A DNA stretch of 62,261 nucleotides, counting the filler. It is 6 parts of 6 records of this genome, joined end to end, with 100 filler letters (N's around TTAATTAATTAA, not from the genome) between each part and the next. Parts side by side here need not be neighbours in the genome. Positions count along the whole stretch, not along the records: positions 1 to 5,186 come from SRR2962707_1990; positions 5,287 to 20,136 come from SRR2962707_1996; 4 more parts are not named here. One strand, written 5' to 3'. The translations under genes and the position numbers were made by a program. Below, in pieces: positions 1 through 8,351 of the stretch. The notes beneath the pieces were generated by a model. It did no database searches and was not told the origin of the DNA. It saw nothing but the letters and a program-made list of their open reading frames with translations. Position 1 is the first letter of the stretch. Every line of letters begins with the position of its first letter.

Positions 1-1
1 A

Positions 2-334
2 CTACATGTTGACACTATCATAGGCGTGTACGATTTTGAAAAAGAAACTAAGCAGAGTTTGTATTTTGATATCGAAATGCTGTGTGATATTAAACCAGCC
101 GCAGCAACTGATGACATTGCTTTAGCGCTGGATTACGCAAAAGTAAGTGAGCGTGTTATTGCTCACACTACAGCAAAACCGGTTGAGTTATTAGAGACGT
201 TAGCTGAGCAACTAGCGGCCATTATTTTAACTGAGTTTACGACTACACAAGTGACTATCCGAATTAGTAAGCCTGCTGCAGTTGCCCAAGCAAACACCGT
301 TGGTGTTGAAATTACCCGACACAAGGCTTGTTAA
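2..334 (+). CDS. folB: Dihydroneopterin aldolase (5'-truncated at window edge)
   Basis: Frame is open from nt 2 (LHVDTIIGVYDFE); LDYAKV, LLETLAEQLA and ISKPAAV..VGVEI motifs; lies directly upstream of folK. Confidence 0.93.
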   Translation, partial: LHVDTIIGVYDFEKETKQSLYFDIEMLCDIKPAAATDDIALALDYAKVSERVIAHTTAKPVELLETLAEQLAAIILTEFTTTQVTIRISKPAAVAQANTVGVEITRHKAC

Positions 335-335
335 G

Positions 336-824
336 ATGGCGCAAATATACATTAGCCTTGGCTCCAATGTTAATAAAGAGCATTATCTTCGCCAAGCGCT
401 AATCGCCCTTAAAGCTCATTTAACTGAGTTTGAGCACTCTAGTGTATTTGAAAGTGAAGCTGTTGGTTTCGCAGGTAGTAATTTTTATAACTCGGTAGTG
501 GGTGCGCAAACACAGATACCGCTTGCTGAGCTTTGCCACATCCTGAAACAGATTGAACGTGATAACGGCCGCACAGCTAACGACAAAAAATTTAGCCCAC
601 GTACACTTGATCTCGATTTATTATTTTATGACGATATTGTGTGTGATACACCAGCACAGTTACCCCGTGATGAAATAACCAAAAATGCCTTTGTATTGCA
701 GCCACTGGCAGAAATTGCCCCTAATTTTTACCATCCTACAGCAAAGCAAACTATTGCCCAGTTGTGGGGTGCTTACAACAACCCCAAGCAAAAACTATGG
801 AAGGTGGAGTTTATTAACCCATGA
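336..824 (+). CDS. folK: 2-amino-4-hydroxy-6-hydroxymethyldihydropteridine diphosphokinase
   Basis: [13 protein letters not shown] and [11 protein letters not shown] motifs; ATG at 336 follows the folB stop. Confidence 0.95.
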   Translation: MAQIYISLGSNVNKEHYLRQALIALKAHLTEFEHSSVFESEAVGFAGSNFYNSVVGAQTQIPLAELCHILKQIERDNGRTANDKKFSPRTLDLDLLFYDDIVCDTPAQLPRDEITKNAFVLQPLAEIAPNFYHPTAKQTIAQLWGAYNNPKQKLWKVEFINP

Positions 825-1621
825 GTATTATCGAAATTATCGTTTTAGCCCTGATCCAAGGATTGACTGAGTTTTTACCTATATCTAGCTCAGCGCATCT
901 TATTCTTCCATCACAAATTCTCGGTTGGCAAGACCAAGGCCTCGCCTTTGATGTTGCTGTGCATGTTGGTACCTTGATTGCTGTGATCATTTATTTCCGC
1001 AAAGAAGTCGTTGAAATACTAAGCGCATGGTTTAAGTCATTTGGGGCACAAGGAGCTACAGACGATAGTAAACTTGGCTGGTGGATTATTTTAGGTACTA
1101 TACCGGCCGCGGTGCTCGGCTTAATTTTTAAAGATTTAATCGAGCTTTATTTACGCAGTGCTTGGGTAATTGCAATTACGACGATTTTGTTTGGTTTATT
1201 ACTTTGGTATGCAGATGCAAAAGGCAAGCAAACCAAAACAATTTATCAGTTAACATGGAAATCTGCGTTGATGATTGGCCTGGCGCAGGCGATGGCAATG
1301 ATCCCTGGTACATCACGTTCTGGGATCACCATGACTGCGGGTTTAATGCTTGGCATGAATAAGCAAAGCGCAGCACGTTTTTCATTTTTACTGGCGATTC
1401 CGGTCATTTCTATGATGGGACTTTATTACATCATTGAACTTGCATTAGGCGATCATATTGTTGATTGGACTACGTTAATTTTAGGTGCGGGTTTATCTTT
1501 TATTTCTGCTTATGCATGCATCTTCTTATTCTTAAAAATCATTGAGCGCATGGGTATGATGCCATTTGTTATTTACCGCTTATTATTGGGCGTGGGTTTA
1601 ATCGCATTTTTAATGATCTAA
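821..1621 (+). CDS. uppP: Undecaprenyl-diphosphate phosphatase (BacA)
   Basis: [14 protein letters not shown] and PGTSRSG motifs; hydrophobic; ATGA overlap with folK. Confidence 0.96.
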   Translation: MSIIEIIVLALIQGLTEFLPISSSAHLILPSQILGWQDQGLAFDVAVHVGTLIAVIIYFRKEVVEILSAWFKSFGAQGATDDSKLGWWIILGTIPAAVLGLIFKDLIELYLRSAWVIAITTILFGLLLWYADAKGKQTKTIYQLTWKSALMIGLAQAMAMIPGTSRSGITMTAGLMLGMNKQSAARFSFLLAIPVISMMGLYYIIELALGDHIVDWTTLILGAGLSFISAYACIFLFLKIIERMGMMPFVIYRLLLGVGLIAFLMI

Positions 1622-1643
1622 TAATGAACTTTAAAATATAAAT

Positions 1644-1680
1644 AAAAACGCCTCAGTTCGATGAACTGAGGCGTTTTTTT
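1644..1680. terminator. Bidirectional Rho-independent terminator
   Basis: Perfect hairpin AAAAACGCCTCAGTTC-gat-GAACTGAGGCGTTTTT with A/T tracts, between convergent uppP and the TBDR gene. Confidence 0.92.
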
Positions 1681-1701
1681 ATCAGTTAAACACCTTTTTA
1701 A

Positions 1702-4602
1702 TTAGAAAGTGTATTTAGCGCCCAGCGATAAGCGGCGACCTTTAACATCAAAGAACTCACCATCATCGTAAGTGAAAGGGTTACGTGGCGGCTCGCGGTC
1801 TAGGATGTTGTTTACACCAACACGCAGCTGTAACTCATCCATCAGATATGTTTTGTACATAAAGTCAAATGTCGTGTAAGACGGGATGTTATTGTACTTG
1901 TTATCTTCAATAGTCCAGTCATTATCATTAACGGTAGCATGGCGGTAATTCATCGTTAGTACGTAAGCTGAATCATCTTGAGAGTAAACAGCATTAAAGC
2001 GACCTTTCCAACGAGGAGATGCAATTTCGCCCACATCATTACGGAAATCTTCTTCTCTGCCTGTTGAGTTACTATTATCATCAATAAGATACGTTGCGGT
2101 TAGCTTAAGAGCTAAATTGCCAGAGAGCATATCTGTACTGTATGCAGATTCAACATCGATACCTTTTTTGTTTATAACAGCCGCATTTATTGGGCGGTCA
2201 TAGAAGTTATCTATTTCTCCAGTTTCTGTGTTACGTACAACGTTACTACAGAATGGATTATCAAGCGATGATGATTCGTAGCATAGTTCAACATTGTCAC
2301 GGCCAAAGTATTCAATAGCGCCTTCTACTTCAAATGACCAGTAATCAAATGTTAAATCTAAATTTTCAATAAATTCAGGTGTATAAATAAAGCCGATGGT
2401 GTAATCGTTTGACGTTTCATTTTCCAGCTCTTGGTTGCCTTGAATGTAGCCAGGCAAGCTACCTGCAGACAGCCACTCTTCTGATGGCATCCAACCTTCA
2501 GGCAGGCCAGCTGCTTGACAGTTTTTGATCACGTTATCTTTGTATTTGCTTCCTGACTCGGCAATTGAGTCTGCTCTACATACATCAGCTCGACCTGAGC
2601 TAAATGTTTTCGAGTTTGGTGTAAACAGGTCACCAATGTTTGGCGCGCGTACTGATTTAGAACGGTTCAGTCGAATACGCAGCTCATCAGTTACACCCCA
2701 GTTAAGTGCTAATTTCCATGCGTTATCTTCACCTGTTACTGAATAATCCATGTAACGAAATGCCGTCTCAAGAGTTAAATCTGTAGCAAGAAATGCATCC
2801 TCAAGCAGCGGGATTGAAATTTCAGCAGATAGCTCATCGACTTCAATTTCTCCATCCATAGGTAAGCTTGAGTTACCAAAAATTAGACCTTGTTCCATAT
2901 TTTGAGATGGTGTAGTCGTTGCTGACTCTCTACGGTGCTCAGCAGTAAATGCTGCAGCAACATAACCTGCTGGCAGCTCAAATAATGAACCATCAACAGT
3001 AAGTGCAAATACAACTTGGTCATGTTTTGCAAAACGAGTTGCCGTTGTGCCAATATAATCTTGCTGAGCTTGTGTTGCTGATGTAGCGCCCATAGTATTA
3101 AACGGTGTACAGCCTGCAATAGCGCCAATAACATCGCCATTTTCGTTACGCTTAGCACACACTACGTTACCTTGATATTCTACAGCATCAATCGCGTTTG
3201 CTAAGTTTTGGGTGAGAACTTCACCGGTCCAAAGTGTATCTTGTTCAATACGACCAAATTGAGCGTAAGTCGAGTAGCCCCAATTATCAGTTAATACACC
3301 TTCAGCGCCGATAGAAGTACGGAATACCTCACGTTCTTGATTATAAGTGCGATCTCCCCATAGGTTCTCGTTTGCTTGGCGTAGAGAAACAGATTTTAAG
3401 CCATTATCATCCATTAATTTCGCCATATCACCTTTCATAAAGGCGTTGTCACGATTTATCGTATGGACAAAAAACGACGGTGAGCTTTCTGTGGTAGAGT
3501 CGGTATTAGAGTAGGTGAAATCAAACGTTAGTGTGTGTTCATCATTTAATTCATATGTACCGTAAGCAGAGGCAATAATCCGCTCTAGTGGCGTTTGAAA
3601 ATACTCTTTGTAACCATGGCCGAATACACCATCGCCTTGGTGTTGATTATCTTGAAAATAGCTTGTCGCATCACGACCTACACCTGGGTTAGGGATACGA
3701 CCTAAACCATAATCAAATGGCCGTGTATTGCCGTTTGCATCAAAGGTGTAGTGGTGGTTATTATATCCGTTATCAGCAAATGCATCTTTAGTGAAAAAGT
3801 CACCGCCTTCAGAGTAATAGGCAAGTCCCGTTGGTTGACCTAGAACAATACGAGATGGAACACCATCAGTGCCACTTCTATTAGCTGGGTTTGCATATGA
3901 GTTAACAGGGTTGCGGTAAAAATCACGGCTTAATTTACCGTAGCTTTTATTTTCGGTGTAGTTAAACGATGCAATAAAAGAAAGCTTATCACCTTCCATA
4001 CCACCGGTAATAGAGAAGTTATTTTGCTCGCCACCACTTTGCTCTGGGCGGACAGTTGATACATCTAGCTCAATGCCATCCATTGATTTTTTGGTAATTA
4101 TGTTAACAACACCGGCGACTGCATCAGCGCCGTATACCGCAGCGGCACCACCGGTGGCTATTTCAATACGTTCAATCATGGTAGTTGGGATGTTATTTAA
4201 ATCAACCGCAGTATCGCCAATCGAACCTGGTACAAAACGACGGCCATTTACAAGAACTAATGTTCGCTCTGAACCTAAACCACGTAGATCGGTGGTATTT
4301 AGTCCTGATGCATAAATTGAGTTTGTTGTTGTTTCAGGTGAAAGGCCAACGGTTGCCTGCGGCATCTCAGCAAGTAGGTCATTTACGTTTGTAATACCTT
4401 GGTTTTCCATCTCAACGCCACTGATCACCGTCACAGGTGTTGGTGAAGTAAGGTTAAATCGTTTTATTTTTGAACCTGTTACTTGAATACGTTCTACTGG
4501 CTTTACTTCATCAGTTGTATTTGCAAAGGCAGCTGAAGTGCCTGCAGCTGTAATGATGACTGCTTGGATGCCAGCAGCAATGAGATTTAATTTTTTCAAC
4601 AT
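1702..4602 (-). CDS. TonB-dependent outer-membrane receptor (966 aa)
   Basis: Signal peptide, TonB box ERIQVTGS, plug motifs LRGLGSERTLVLVNGRR and AVYGADAVAGVVNII, C-terminal GAKYTF. Confidence 0.95.
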   Translation of the reverse strand: MLKKLNLIAAGIQAVIITAAGTSAAFANTTDEVKPVERIQVTGSKIKRFNLTSPTPVTVISGVEMENQGITNVNDLLAEMPQATVGLSPETTTNSIYASGLNTTDLRGLGSERTLVLVNGRRFVPGSIGDTAVDLNNIPTTMIERIEIATGGAAAVYGADAVAGVVNIITKKSMDGIELDVSTVRPEQSGGEQNNFSITGGMEGDKLSFIASFNYTENKSYGKLSRDFYRNPVNSYANPANRSGTDGVPSRIVLGQPTGLAYYSEGGDFFTKDAFADNGYNNHHYTFDANGNTRPFDYGLGRIPNPGVGRDATSYFQDNQHQGDGVFGHGYKEYFQTPLERIIASAYGTYELNDEHTLTFDFTYSNTDSTTESSPSFFVHTINRDNAFMKGDMAKLMDDNGLKSVSLRQANENLWGDRTYNQEREVFRTSIGAEGVLTDNWGYSTYAQFGRIEQDTLWTGEVLTQNLANAIDAVEYQGNVVCAKRNENGDVIGAIAGCTPFNTMGATSATQAQQDYIGTTATRFAKHDQVVFALTVDGSLFELPAGYVAAAFTAEHRRESATTTPSQNMEQGLIFGNSSLPMDGEIEVDELSAEISIPLLEDAFLATDLTLETAFRYMDYSVTGEDNAWKLALNWGVTDELRIRLNRSKSVRAPNIGDLFTPNSKTFSSGRADVCRADSIAESGSKYKDNVIKNCQAAGLPEGWMPSEEWLSAGSLPGYIQGNQELENETSNDYTIGFIYTPEFIENLDLTFDYWSFEVEGAIEYFGRDNVELCYESSSLDNPFCSNVVRNTETGEIDNFYDRPINAAVINKKGIDVESAYSTDMLSGNLALKLTATYLIDDNSNSTGREEDFRNDVGEIASPRWKGRFNAVYSQDDSAYVLTMNYRHATVNDNDWTIEDNKYNNIPSYTTFDFMYKTYLMDELQLRVGVNNILDREPPRNPFTYDDGEFFDVKGRRLSLGAKYTF

Positions 4603-5186
4603 AACACCTTTAATTTCGACAACTTTAATATAGAGAATTTAAAGTTGATTGCACGAATATCTGATCGCAGTTCTAGCGTTAATAAATCACCAGTAATGTA
4701 ACCAAATGTAATTTAGCGGTATGTTTTATCACAGCAAATAAATGGCGTCTTGTACCTGATAAATGTATAACTTGTTGCTAAAAGGTTTTTTGTGTTTTGT
4801 TTTTATTTATTTTTGGGTATGCGGCTGTTTTTAATGAAAAATATTTGTATTCAAAGCTTTACGTTGTCATTTTTAAAGTGGTATTGAGTTGCATGTCAAA
4901 GTACCTATTAACTGTACATTAATTTTAAATACACAAAACTGTCTGTTTATAAATCTAAAATGTTAATATTGGTTGTTTTTTGATGTTTGTTTTTTGCTCG
5001 GTTGAATTTGTTTAAGGAACTTTTTTGAAAAAGCGCTTATGCGAGGTGTTTTTGATAATGCTCACACGCAGAAGGCGATGGTAACTGATGGCTATTTTTG
5101 GCATTATAACAGCCTTATTTATTATTGATTTTTAGTGCTGCATAAGCGATTTTTGGCGGCAAAGGAATAATATGCATATTCATATT

Positions 5187-5286
5187 NNNNNNNNNNNNNN
5201 NNNNNNNNNNNNNNNNNNNNNNNNNNNNNNTTAATTAATTAANNNNNNNNNNNNNNNNNNNNNNNNNNNNNNNNNNNNNNNNNNNN
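5187..5286. other. Artificial contig linker
   Basis: N44-TTAATTAATTAA-N44 (stops in all six frames); composition changes across it. Confidence 0.98.
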
Positions 5287-5287
5287 C

Positions 5288-6082
5288 ATGGCCGACCTGA
5301 TGTGGATCGAACATGTAGGTGCCCGCGCTTTCGCAGCCATGGCCAAGAAAGCACCGGATGACACGCTGCGGGAAATCTACACCTATTTCCACGCCGAAGA
5401 ACAGCGCCACGCCAACGCCGAAATGGCGCTGATGAAGCGCTGGGGCATGCTGGAAGAAAACGAGCTGCCCGAGCCCAACAACAACCTGCGTCTGGTGATC
5501 GAGTGGCTGGACCGCTTTGCCGACGACCAGCCCGTGTACGTGCTGGGCACCGTGGTCCCCATGCTGGAGATTGCGCTTGATGGTGCCCTCTGCAAGTTCC
5601 TGCTGGAAACCGTGGACGACCCCGTCTGCCATCAGGCCTTTGAGCTGATCAACAACGACGAGTCCCGGCACCTTGGCGTTGGCTTCACGGTGATGGAAAT
5701 GCAAGGCCATGGAAAAACCTACAGGGAACTGGCGCGTATGGTGGCCCAGTTGATGGACCCCCGGCTGATCCTCGGTATCGCCTCCTACTTTCCGTTGCTG
5801 AACAAGATGCGCGACAACATCATCGAAATGGGCCTGCCGGAAGAGAAACTGTACGCAGCCATGCAGAAATTCGAAAAGATTGGTGGCCGCTCAGAAGACG
5901 GCCGGCGCAACCCCTGGTTCCAGATCATCAAATACCACGGGCGTTTCGTGGTGGATCGGGGTAACCGGTTCTACCACAAGCCGATCGACGCCTTGGTCAA
6001 AGTGACCGACGCCATCCCCCGGCGCGCCTTTCCCGCTGTACCCAGCTGGGTGCGCGAAATCACCTACCAGACGACGGCCTGA
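5288..6082 (+). CDS. Ferritin-like (AurF-like) di-iron protein, probably 5'-truncated
   Basis: Two ExxH pairs (EEQRH, DESRH), each with an upstream Glu (WIE, MLE); begins at the contig edge. Confidence 0.75.
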   Translation: MADLMWIEHVGARAFAAMAKKAPDDTLREIYTYFHAEEQRHANAEMALMKRWGMLEENELPEPNNNLRLVIEWLDRFADDQPVYVLGTVVPMLEIALDGALCKFLLETVDDPVCHQAFELINNDESRHLGVGFTVMEMQGHGKTYRELARMVAQLMDPRLILGIASYFPLLNKMRDNIIEMGLPEEKLYAAMQKFEKIGGRSEDGRRNPWFQIIKYHGRFVVDRGNRFYHKPIDALVKVTDAIPRRAFPAVPSWVREITYQTTA

Positions 6083-6086
6083 CACC

Positions 6087-7565
6087 ATGACTGACGCACA
6101 GACGACGACTGTGGTTACCACCCTGATCATCGGGGCCGGTTTTGCCGGCCTCGGCACCGCCATTCGCCTGCAGCAGGAAGGCATCGATGACATGGTCATA
6201 CTGGAACGGGACAAGCAGGTAGGTGGAACCTGGCGGGATAACCAATACCCCGGTGCCGCCTGCGACATCCCCTCAAACCTGTATTCCTATTCGTTTGCGC
6301 CAAACCCGGATTGGTCCCGAAGCTTCTCCGGTGCTCGCGAGATCCTGGGCTACATCCACCATCTGGTGAACCAGTTTGACCTGGCCCGATACATTCGCTT
6401 TGGCACCAACGTCACCGGCCTGAACTGGGATCAGGATAGGGGCGTATGGGAGGCCACCACCGAGGGCGGAGAAACCTACTACGCAAAAACCGTGGTGATG
6501 GCCCAGGGACCGTTATCGAACCCGGGCTTTCCGAATATTGCAGGCATCGAAGACTTTCAGGGCAAAAAAATCCACAGCGCCCAGTGGGACCACAGCTACA
6601 ACCTGGAAGGCAAGCGTGTCGGGGTAATCGGCACCGGTGCCAGCGCCATCCAGATCGTGCCAAGCATCGTGGGCAAGGTCGACAAGCTGACCGTGTTCCA
6701 GAGGACACCACCCTGGGTGATGCCACGGCCAGATTTCGAAACGCCGGACTGGCAGAAGCTGGCGTTTCGAAAACTGCCCCTGAGCCAGAACGCATTGCGC
6801 AAGGCGCTCTACCTCGCCCACGAATCCATGGCTCTTGGGGTGATCTGGAACTCACCCCTCACTCGCCTGGCGGAGCGGCTGGGCAAGTGGCACCTGCGCA
6901 ATCAAGTGAAGGATCGCTGGCTTCGCCGCCAGCTAACCCCAAACTACCGCCTGGGCTGCAAGCGGGTATTGGTATCCAGCGACTATTACCCGGCCCTACA
7001 GCAACCCAATTGCAAGTTGATCACCTGGCCCATTGCCCGGATCGATGAAAACGGAGTGCGCACGGTTGAGGGCATCGAGCACCAGTTCGACTGCCTGATT
7101 TTTGCCACCGGTTTCAACGTCAGCAACGCGGGCACACCGTTTCCGATAACCGGTGTGGATGGCCGGCAATTGAACGAAGAATGGAAACGGGGCGCATCGG
7201 CTTACAAAAGCATCAATGTTTCCGGCTACCCGAACCTTTTCCTGACGTTCGGCCCCAACTCCGGCCCCGGGCATAACTCCGCTCTGGTGTATATGGAGTC
7301 GCAGATTAACTATATTGTTAAAGCCGTGCGCACCATCACCAGCCTTGACCTGAAAGGATTGGACGTGCGCCAGAGCGCACAGGAAAGTCACAATCGTGCG
7401 ATACAAAAGCGCCTGTCACGAACCAACTGGAACTCCGGCTGCAAAAGCTGGTATCTCACCGAGGATGGGTTTAACGCGACGATGTATCCGGGATTTGCCA
7501 CACAGTATGCGCTGCAAATGAAAGAGGTAGTTCTGAAAGACTATCGGCTTCTGCCGCATAGCTGA
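6087..7565 (+). CDS. Baeyer-Villiger-type flavin monooxygenase
   Basis: GAGFAG, GGTWRDNQYPGAACD, BVMO fingerprint FQGKKIHSAQWD, second Rossmann motif GTGASA. Confidence 0.92.
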   Translation: MTDAQTTTVVTTLIIGAGFAGLGTAIRLQQEGIDDMVILERDKQVGGTWRDNQYPGAACDIPSNLYSYSFAPNPDWSRSFSGAREILGYIHHLVNQFDLARYIRFGTNVTGLNWDQDRGVWEATTEGGETYYAKTVVMAQGPLSNPGFPNIAGIEDFQGKKIHSAQWDHSYNLEGKRVGVIGTGASAIQIVPSIVGKVDKLTVFQRTPPWVMPRPDFETPDWQKLAFRKLPLSQNALRKALYLAHESMALGVIWNSPLTRLAERLGKWHLRNQVKDRWLRRQLTPNYRLGCKRVLVSSDYYPALQQPNCKLITWPIARIDENGVRTVEGIEHQFDCLIFATGFNVSNAGTPFPITGVDGRQLNEEWKRGASAYKSINVSGYPNLFLTFGPNSGPGHNSALVYMESQINYIVKAVRTITSLDLKGLDVRQSAQESHNRAIQKRLSRTNWNSGCKSWYLTEDGFNATMYPGFATQYALQMKEVVLKDYRLLPHS

Positions 7566-7637
7566 AGAGTCTTTCAAAATCTCCAACGCTTCGGGGCGCA
7601 TTTTGCTGTGGGTATCTGCGATCACACCAATTTGCAT
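7563..7637 (-). pseudogene. N-terminal remnant of a YfcE/MJ0936-type metallophosphoesterase
   Basis: MQIGVIADTHSKMRPEALEILKDS carries the first DxH motif; AAGGGGG RBS upstream; similarity ends at the BVMO stop. Confidence 0.7.
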
Positions 7638-7655
7638 CTACGCCCCCTTTTATCT

Positions 7656-8135
7656 TCAGTGATGCCCACCCGGCCCATGCGCGTGGCCGTGCGCTATCTC
7701 TTCCGCATCGGCGGCACGTACTTCGATCACTTCGATATCGAAGGTCAGGGTTTTACCGGCCATCGGGTGGTTGGTGTCGACATCGGCAAATTTGAGGCCG
7801 ACCTTGGCAACGACCACATGGCGCGGGCCCTGCTCGGTTTGCACTTGGGCGATCATGCCCCGCTTCCAGCGTTTGGCACCCATCAAATGCTTGACCGGCA
7901 CGCGCTGCACGGCATCGGCCTTGCGCGGGCCGTAGGCTTTTTCCGGAGTGACGGTAACGCTGAACGTATCGCCGGCTTCGCGACCTTCCAGAGCTTCTTC
8001 CAGACCCTGGATAACGCCGCCGTGGCCATGCAGATACGCGTTCGGCTGACCGCCACGGGAATTTTCAACTTCGTTGCCCTGTTCATCACGGACACTGTAG
8101 TGAAACAGGACCACCTGATTCTTTTCGATTGGCAT
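7656..8135 (-). CDS. slyD: FKBP-type peptidyl-prolyl isomerase, SlyD family
   Basis: YLHGHGGVIQGLEEAL, PEKAYG, DTNHPMAGKTLTFDIEV and a His-rich tail; ATG at 8135. Confidence 0.92.
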   Translation of the reverse strand: MPIEKNQVVLFHYSVRDEQGNEVENSRGGQPNAYLHGHGGVIQGLEEALEGREAGDTFSVTVTPEKAYGPRKADAVQRVPVKHLMGAKRWKRGMIAQVQTEQGPRHVVVAKVGLKFADVDTNHPMAGKTLTFDIEVIEVRAADAEEIAHGHAHGPGGHH

Positions 8136-8351
8136 AGGATAGGTTCTCTTCGACGGTTCAATGTACGCCATTATACCCAGTGGCGGCACTGACTTCAGTG
8201 AAGGCAAATCAGACCTGCCTCGGTTCACTTCCATCTGATAACAGGTCGCGGAACTTTTTTCAGCAAGCTATGATCAGGTAACAACACTCTCCGTTAATTC
8301 GAAATCTGACCCACACTCTGATTTTCCTCCAACAGCAGATGAGGTTCATGA

